The notes beneath the pieces are model-generated. The model was not told where the DNA came from. It searched no databases and saw only the letters and a program-made list of their open reading frames with translations. The translations under genes were made by a program, and so were the position numbers. A stretch of DNA of 64,000 nucleotides from Octopus vulgaris (lineage: Eukaryota). Each line of letters opens with the position of its first letter. Within the stretch, counting starts at the first letter, position 1. The stretch spans positions 20,708,001 through 20,772,000 of the forward strand of contig OX597814.1 in the NCBI GenBank assembly GCA_951406725.2, in the 5' to 3' direction. Positions 54,674 to 64,000 of this stretch are shown here, piece after piece.

Positions 54674-57255
54674 TCTCTGTTTGTCCCCCCAACGTCACTT
54701 GACAACCTATGCTGGTGTGTTTACGTTCCTGTAACTTAGTGGTTCAGCAAAAGCGACCGATACAATAAGTACTAGGCTTACAAAGAATAAGTCCTGGGGT
54801 CGGTTTGTTTAACTAAAGGCAGTGCTCTAGCATGGCCACAGTCAAATGACTGAAACAAGTAAAAGAGAGTAAAAAAAAAGAGAGTAAAGACTGCAACTCA
54901 AAAAAGTAGGAGGAAACTTTTCAAATATTGCAGAACTTGCTCTTATTGCAGAATCTTTAGCAGAAGTCGAGAAGAAATTCCAGGTGTGGTAACAAAACCT
55001 GGAATCAGAGGGCCTTAAAGTTAACCTAACTAAGACAAAAGTGGTTGTTTGTAAGAAAGAAGATAAAACTTTCTTTCCATCTTTTCATGTGGCACAAGCA
55101 CAGGCGAAGTCAGTTTTAGCAAGGTTTTTACAGCTGGATGTCCTTCCGAACACCAACCACTTTACAGTGTGGACTGGATGCTTTTAAGTGGCACCTGCAC
55201 TGACAGGATCACCAAGTACTTACAAGAAAAAAACTTTTGAGAGGGAAGGAGGCATTGGAGGAGGTGATGATGAAAAGGTTATAGTGAGACAGATATAGGC
55301 GTCTTGCTGAAGAAGAAGTACAAGGTTACCTGCCTAGAGAGAGAAAGATCAGGGATGAAGACAAAAACAGGTGGGCTACCGTAAAGAAAATACACAGTTG
55401 CCCAGCCTGAGGGAAGTGCAGGAGGAGGAGTGAGAGAGAGGGAGAGAGTGGAAAACCGCAGGATGGAGATGGTGGCAAAATGTCAGGTATGCTCACAAGG
55501 AACGGGGATCAGAGTATAAATGAGATGGTTGAGTAAAGGAAGAGAGAGATATAAATAGTGGCAAATGCCAGGGCATACCCTTGTTTTCCAAATGCCATAA
55601 TATAAGTGACAGGATATTGCGAAGTGAGTGCGATTAAAGAGTGCAAGTAAGTGACGAAAGACTTGGGTATATATAGAGTTGGAGAGGCTACTGGATAGCA
55701 ATGATACAGAAGAGCAGGGGTGTGAGGACAGGATTGGAGAGTGAGAGCTAGGCATAGCGAGTCAACAAGCCACTGCTTTTTCCCTCTCAATTCCCACCCC
55801 ACCTCATTATTTTGGATGTTACCCCAATCTTTCAACCATAAAAAGAAAGAAATGTGTGGGTGATTTGATCCAGAAGTGGTTTTCAAAGAAAGAAAGAAAG
55901 AAAGGCAAATATATACAAGCAAAGAAATATCCCGCAAAGCATTTTTTTTTCTTTCTTGCTATTTCATTCAAACTTGCTTTTATTTTAAACCATCTTTTTT
56001 CATTCATCCGTCTCTTGAGAGAGCCAGTACACACACACACAAACAGAGGTAGATAAAGAATATTCAAAGGAACACATTTTATTTTTAAAGATTTTCTTTC
56101 CACCTTTTACTTTTTAGTTCAATTTTTTTTTTATTTTAAAATTATTATCAATTATATTATTTTCTACCTTTTTATCTCCACACACCTCCCCTCTTTAAAC
56201 TGTGGTGCTGAGTGGCTGTTTGGTTCATTAAATACTAAATTAAGTCAAATCTAAATCACTTGTATGATGGTGACACACAATCTCAAGACAAGGAGACACA
56301 TATACACACAGACATACACACACATGTGCATGTGTGTGTGTACCAAGTATCCTTCAGCTCTGGTCCACCAGATCCACTCAAAGCAAAACAAGGAGAGAAG
56401 AAAGATGGTATGTTCATTGCTGGAATGCCTTTGATATATTGATTTAGGTTTTATGTGGGGGTTAGGCAATAACTAGTAGGGTTTTAAGGTGGTGAGCTAG
56501 CAGAAATGTTAACATGCTAGATGAAATGCTTAGTAGTATTTCGTCTGTCATTGTGTTCTGAGTTCACATTCCGCTGAAGTCGACTTTGCCTTTCATCCTT
56601 TTGGGGTCGATAAATTAAGTCCCAGTTGCATTCTGGGGTTGATCTAATCGACTGATCCCCTCCCTAAAAATATCGGGCCTTGTGTCTAGAGTAGAAAAAA
56701 AAAAACTAGTAGGGTTACAATTTGTGTTCTTTAGCCCAGATAAACCATAACATATCAGAGTTTCTCTAAGATAATTTATTCTACTTTGAAAACTCTTTGC
56801 ACAATTATTTGCAGACCAGCCCTAATTCTCTCAAATTCTATTATTTTACTTTGGCTGCTATGCTCATTATTTGTCAAGTGGAGGGAAAAGTAGAATGAGT
56901 GAACAAAGAATTGACACTGAAAATGTAAGTGTACAATACTCTCATTAATGAATACTTTTAAATATTTTAATTTTCTTTCCCACTAATACCCAAAATTAAA
57001 AAAGTTGAATTTTTTAATAAAAATTTAATCTGGTATTTGGGACACTGCATTTAAAGTACTCATATTGTTTTTTACAAAAAAATTTGTGGTTTTCATGTTT
57101 TTTAAATTTATGATATATATGCTTGGATTTTCCTAGTTCATAAGAGTTTAGGGATAAAGAAAATGTTCTTTTACATTTCTTTATTGAAAGAAATTACACT
57201 AAAAAATCATTAATATTAATAGTCATTATGACAAGAAATCATTTAATTTTTGCCT

Positions 57256-58560
57256 TTACTGATGGTAAGCTACAAGATACATATCAGGATGAAGCCCAAC
57301 ATTACATTTGATACATACAAACTTGGCACATTTTTCGCATGCTGCACACCTCTGTGTATAATTTTTGTTGACCCAGTGGTTTTTACCATAAAATCTAACT
57401 GTTTCAAGAACTTGTTTCATTGTTTTAGGATGGACTCCTTGCTTTGGTCCTAAGTCTGGTGCAGCAAGTAGTGTCATAACAATTTGTCTAGCGAATTCCA
57501 AGAGAGAAATGTTCTTTTCAATTTGACAGTACAAGATCTATAGATTCACCATACTCCCATTGAGACAAAAGTGAAACAAAGGCCAATACCACTTTTTTTT
57601 TTATCTAACTCTTATTCCGTAATGTCCTCTCATTTTATAAAAAAGATCAAATTCCTCCCATTCATTTGTTGTATAACTTAGTGACATTGGGTTGTGGAAC
57701 AGTAAGGTGCTTTCTTTCAGTTTTCTTCCATTGCTAGCAACTTCCAACTTCAAACAAAGCATTGTTTTTTGAATTTGTAACTAAAGTAACTTGGTTATTA
57801 TCATTCCACCAAACAAGAGTACTTCCATTTGCTTGATCTTCAACTGAACAATATGTACCTCGCTGAGCATTACTTAGATCCTCTGCGGGTGCCTGCTCAA
57901 TTCGGTCTTTCCTGATAGTTCCAACATGCGTGCTTGACAGTGACTGCATCAAAGGTAAGGAAGTGAAATAATTGTCCATAAAGATGCAAGCACCCTGTAG
58001 TACAAAACCTCAACAAAGTCTTTCTGTTACTGAAGATCCAAGAGGTTTTCCGGCCACTTTGTCTTCTGCACCAGTATATGGATAAAATCTAATCAAATAC
58101 CCCTCTGTTGTTAGACACCAAATCTTAAATCCATAATGGATTGGCTTTCCTCTTATAAACTGCTCCATTCCATGGCGCCCATAGTAAGGCTCCATTGCCT
58201 TATCAAGAGAAAAAGTTTTACCCATTGGTAGAATGAACTCACAGAATTTCTCATTTAGATGGTCTAGGAGAGGCCTAATTTTATAAACTTTGTCACAAGG
58301 ATCAATTGTCATGTTATCATTGAAGAGTATATATTGACAAATCTTTTCAAATTTATTTCTACTTATTGAATGGCTTACTAGAAAGTTATCTGCATCTGGA
58401 CGAGTCTTCTAATACAGTCTTTTAAAAGGATTCCAAAATATTTGTAAAGATCTTCAACAAAGTAAATTGTATATCTCCTTTTTGGGATGCATATTTAACT
58501 GTTTCTTTGCATATATGTCCCTCAGTAAAGCATAATTTGAAAATGTCAATAGGCTTACCT
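57256..58560 (-). pseudogene. Decayed piggyBac transposase (PGBD-like)
   Basis: DKVYKIRPLLDHLN, SLDKAMEPYYGRHGMEQFIRGKPIHYGFKIW, MDNYFTS, W.DN..V, and the C-terminal CAAC..CIKCNVGLH Cys-rich domain. Split by frameshifts and stops; TIRs not resolved. Confidence 0.9.
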
Positions 58561-61500
58561 TCATTATCCCTTATATTCTTTATAATTGCAGGTTCTAATT
58601 CATTTACCTAGAACTCAAACGTTTGGGAAATTTTTTTTATGCTTTTGGGAGCCTATGTACATGAAATTTTCATTGCACTTCTACACTTTTTTTGTAGAAA
58701 ACTATCAGAAAGTTCAATTAATTCACTATTTATTCCAAAACCTCTTTTATAACCTTGATTTCGCACTTGAATTTCTGAACTTTGTGAAAACACACCTGAC
58801 CAATGTCCCTAAGATTTGCTGACACTTCTTGGCAATCACTGCCTGCATCATTTTTATCTGAATTTTAACCATCAAAATTTGCAAAACAAATTCAAGTTCT
58901 TGTGCATCGTCAGTCAATTTCAGAATGCTCACTTGTTTCAATAATAATGTTCAATATTTCTTCTGCATCCCTCTTGACATCAAAATTCCTCTTTGGTATG
59001 ATTGTCTTATAGCTAAATGTAAAACTGCATTTTGCAATTAAGTAATAGACCCTTAAATATATTTACTAGTAAAAACAACAAATAAAGTACAAGAGAGCAA
59101 ATAAATAAATGCAACTGTATGTGAAATATGTATTCTATAAAATTCTGAAATGCACACTCCAATTCCCAGCGTATGATTTATGATACTCATGGGAAAACAC
59201 TTTATAAACTAAAACATTCAAAATATTTTTGACTGAAATATCATGTAAAAGACATAAGTTTCTGATTGATGAATTAAAGTTAGGAATTTTATATCACTAA
59301 AAATATACAGAGTATAAACTAACAGTCCATTAAAACTCACTTGACCAGATCGAAATGATTACTGAAGGAAAAGTTTGTAGCAAAATGTAAAATTAAATTA
59401 TAAGGTCAAAGTTGCCAAATTACACAAGAGAAATTGGTGAAGTCCATATTGGTATAGGTTTTGAAATGAAAGGTAAAGCAGTTAGATTAAAAAAATTATT
59501 TTTCTTTCTTCAGGTTTTCTATAATATAGGTTGATAGCAGGTTTAATAATATATTGAGCCCACAGGTTAGAAAATTCAAAGAAAAATGAGGTCAAATTTT
59601 TCTGATTTTAAACAAGTGTAAGAGGTCATACAAAGGTTAGTATTAGATTACTTTTATTCACAATGAACAACAAATACTTTGAATTTGTTCTTGCATGGTA
59701 AGTTACTTTGGTTTGTGAAACTGAAACAAGTTTATTTCTTAAAAGATTTTTTGACTATTTTTAGTATATAACAAAACAATTTTTAACATATCCAATAAGA
59801 CAGAAACATATCCACGACTTGTTTGGTAACAAAGATCAGATTTTCTCATTAAGCATATGAATTAATTCTGCAGAATTATTTCTAATTTCTTGAAATTATT
59901 TATCCCTTATCTTTTTGTAGCTGGCAATTTACCAAGTTTTGTGTCATTCTCTGACTAATGGGGGAGATTTCAATTAAGTGAACATTTTTTTGCATCTGTC
60001 ACTTAACCTTCATTAATCCACTGTCCTCATTTGAGGACAGTTGCATTTGGTTTATTTACTGCAATAAAGGTTAACTGGACACTTTTGCATGTTTGTTATC
60101 CCTATTTATATAACTATCTTCAAAATTTTGACAGGGTTAACCTGCATTAAAATGGGTTAATGTTTCTCAATTCTTGATATTGGCCCATGTCAGTTATTTT
60201 TCGTTTTTGATAATGAAAATTCCTACTGGCCAAAGATCTTCATAATTCTGTATATGTAAAAACTTTAGTTCACTGATCAAACAAGTTCAAGTTTAACTGT
60301 TTAACTCATGAGGTCCTATAAGACACAAATATGTTTGAGACAAGCAGCAATCAGATTTCCTTAGCAGTTCAGCAAAAGTGACCAATAGAATAAGTATTAG
60401 GCCTACAGAGAATAAGTCCTGGGATTGATTTCTTTGACTAAAGGTGGTGCTTCAGCATGTCCGCAGTTAAATGACTGAAACCAGTAAAAGAATAAAAGAA
60501 CATATATGATGTGGTCAATGCCAGAACCGCCTGACTGGCCTTCATTCCAGTGGCATGTAAAAAGCACCCATGACATGTTCGAAGCATGTAGATTAATTTT
60601 GTAAGTATCATTTAGCTTATGTAAAACAATGACAATGATGATGACGATGCTGATAATGACAGAAATGATGATGATGAGAATGTTAATGACGATGAGATGA
60701 ATTATTGATTTTTTAAAATATATATCCCCTTTTCTTTGAGCATCACTAATAATTACTATTAGGTTTTGCTTTCTTCAACTAAGACAAATTTTAATTAATT
60801 GAGATTTTTTTCTGTATATCATTCAGAAGTACACCATGTAATTTATTTAGTAGTTTTTGTCATGACTCTTCCATGATACAAAATAAAGACATAACTATTT
60901 TCCTTATAGTAAAATAAGTACTTATAGCAGCTTCATTTAGGTCATGTAACAAGTAACATTTCAGTTTTACCATTTTGTCACATGTTTTATTTGAGCCAAT
61001 AAGAGACCAATAATCTGTCTGCCATTTTAACTATCTAAACAAAACTCCAATTGTTTCTTTTCACTTTCTCACAGCAGCTATAAACAAGATGTTTTATTTA
61101 ACTTTCTCTGAGTTAGCAGTTAGCTCTCTTTAGCTTCAGCTTGAAAGAACGGCTATGTACAGCTTTCTTTCTATAGGCAAGAAAGCAATTCCACAAAACA
61201 GAACTGACTCTCTTTTTAGCTGCAAAGCATTTTAGGCTGATTGAAAAAATATCATGTGCCAATTTGGTCAACGTTTTTGCCAGCAGTCAGACTTATTTTT
61301 CACACAATATTTAGTATTACTACATTGTTTAATCATATTTGGCCCATTGTACACTCCAGATAATTCTACATTCATCTCAGTTTACTGAAAGAGTACTCTG
61401 CTGAATACAATGTAGCAGAAATGCTTGTTAAAATATTGAAGATTGGCAGTACACTCTGAAGATTGTTGTAAATATTTTTAACTAACACTAGCTGTAGCTG

Positions 61501-64000
61501 GTTGTGAACCTAATGAATGTGTAGATTGTCTTTTTCGCTTTTAGAAGATCCAAATCACCACTCCAGTGTGATGCAACAAGTTGTTCATGTTTATCTGACT
61601 CACTGGACACATCAGGATTGCCCAAAGTTTGTCTTGGTCATTACCATTAACTTAAAATTCCATTTTTACCACACTTTTATAAAGACTGATATAATAGGTA
61701 GACAGGTCGATGATGGCAGGTGTTTGGTAGTTTGCACCTGTCTGTTAATAAAATTTTAGTGCTTGGTCTTTACTGCTATGATGTACTATTTATTTTGCGC
61801 TGTATGAGTGGAAATACAATGGATACTATTAGGAAGGACTTCATCTTGTAGATGGTACTGACACAGAAAGTGGTGTAAGGTTTACTGATAACCCCTTTAA
61901 AATAACATTTTTGCAGCATATGTATACATTTTAAACACTCAGAAAGACACCACTTCATAATCCAATTAAGGATGACAAATATTAACAATTAAGGATCAAT
62001 TGGTCCAACATGGAACATATATCCCACTATATTAATTACTCCAGAAGGTGTGACCTGTGTCTGTTGACAATATATCACTTTCAATTACACCCTTTAGTAA
62101 CTGTGAACATAAAAAAACAAAAAAAAAACAGAATTGGTGAATTCTTTTAGACACTTCCCTCACTATTTATTAAGAAATTTCCAACTATTAACTGGCTACA
62201 ATATTATATTTTCTACACAATGGAATTTTCATACCATGAAAGATGGTTATATATATATTTTGAAAACAAACCTCTTTTACCTTTTATCTGCCTGCTTCAG
62301 TCATTAGACTGTGACCATGCTGGGGCACCACCTTCAAGAATTTTTAGTTGAATGAATTGACTGCAGTGCTTTTTGTTTTTCTAAAGCCTGGTATTTATTC
62401 TATCAGTCTCTGTTTCCAAAAATGCTAAGTTATGGGGATGTAAACGCACCAACACCAATTGTCATGCAGTGATGGGGAACAAACACAGACACAAAGACGC
62501 ACACATGACAGGCTTCTTTCAGTTTCCAGTTACCAAATCCAACCACAAGGCTCTGGTCAGCCTGAGGCTATATAAGACATTTGTCCAAAGTGCCATGCAG
62601 TGGGACTGAACCCAGAACCATGTGGTTGGGAAGCAAGTTTCTTACCACACAGCAATGCCATTAATTAATCAATCTAACAATACTAACAAAAAACTTTATC
62701 AACAATAGCAAATTCTTTTTTCCTAAGTGTGATTTATATGGAAGGCATGGAAACATGTTTTTCTAATATCAAGAATTAAAAATATCATGTTCTATGTATA
62801 GCAAAGCTTAGGTGAATGTGTGAGGCATTTTCTAATGATTTTGCAGCAACCAATCAAATTACGATGTACTGTTAACCATCATATTTCAATGTGTTTATGA
62901 ATATTTTTGTTTATATATTGTCATGTCAATCTCCTACTATGTTGCTGTGAGTATTCAGAAATGAGAAATTCAAACATATGATTCAAAAAGGTTTATCTTC
63001 TAATGAAATACAAGCGTGTGTATGTTTGTGTGGTTAAGGAGTTTGCTTTGCAATCACATGGATTCCAATTTCTTTACTACCCACAAGGGGCTAAACACAG
63101 AGAGGACAAACGGATTAAGTTGATTACATCGACCCCAGTGCGTAACTGTTACTTAATTTAGCGACCCCGAAAGGATGAAAGGCAAAGTCAACCTCGGCAG
63201 AATTTGAACTCAGAACGTAACGGCAGACGAAATACAGCTACGCATTTCGCCCAGCGTGCTAACGTTTCTGCCAGCTCGCCACCTTATCACATGGATTCCT
63301 ACTATACAGAAAATTACAATCATTGATATTGCTGGGTGCTTCTACCATCATCTATAAAAGAATAGTGGAAAAATTTCTTTAAATCATAGCCTATATTCTT
63401 GAATAAGGAAGGACACATTGAATAACATAGTTCCAGATACACTGCTGAAAAAAAAGATGGAAACTCAACCCATCAACAGATCATCAAACTCAGTTTGCTG
63501 CACACCCCAACCCATATCACCCGACTAAAGATAAATAACAAAACAGTGAAAATTGAAAAATTTAATGAGTTCCATGTTACTGATTCATCTAAGCAAGTTC
63601 TTTCATTTATCATTTTGTCACCTGAAGGATTGCCTGTAATGTGGACTTATGTTGTGACAGTGATTCATCACATTCAAATGAATTCCTATGTGTATGTATG
63701 TATATATATATATATATACATGCACACATACATAATTGAAATGTGTTTCTGCTAAGTATTGTGATGTTCAGTGGAGGAAATTCCTATCATTCATAGCAAT
63801 ACTTTCTCTTTAGGTTAAGCTGTACAACAATATTGAAAGGTGTTCCTTCATCAGAAAAATCATCTTTCATACTGGAAAGGCTCTAAAATTTTGACTATTT
63901 GAAATCAAACTAACTTCTGATGGACAATTTGCTCAACTAGTTAGCTATTTATGGATCACAATGGATATCTTCATACATTCAGCTCCTGTGATTCAGAAGG

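Noticed and set aside
57256-58560. Domesticated PGBD gene
   Set aside because: Multiple frameshifts and stops without splice signals to bypass them.

Overview
AT-rich, repeat-dense metazoan genomic DNA. The SINE, RTE and microsatellite content looks like a coleoid cephalopod (Octopus-like) genome; this is inferred from repeat style, not verified. The only host gene I can support is the 5' end of GLG1 (Golgi apparatus protein 1 / Cys-rich FGF receptor) on the minus strand: exon 1 at 11251-11607 and a 33-nt micro-exon at 789-821 that the ORF track misses. The rest is mobile DNA: tRNA-derived SINEs, RTE LINE remnants, two tandem R4/Dong-like RLE retrotransposon fragments joined by (ATAC)n, several MITEs with target-site duplications, a non-autonomous Helitron, a MULE-like element, a young non-coding LTR element with a tRNA-Trp PBS, and a decayed piggyBac. 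The most striking object is a ~1.8-kb spacerless palindrome (centre 31484/31485) set in (TA)n. Each arm carries a type I hammerhead ribozyme motif near its outer end, which suggests a non-coding, inverted-dimer Penelope-like/retrozyme element. Most ORFs in the supplied track are microsatellite or repeat artefacts.
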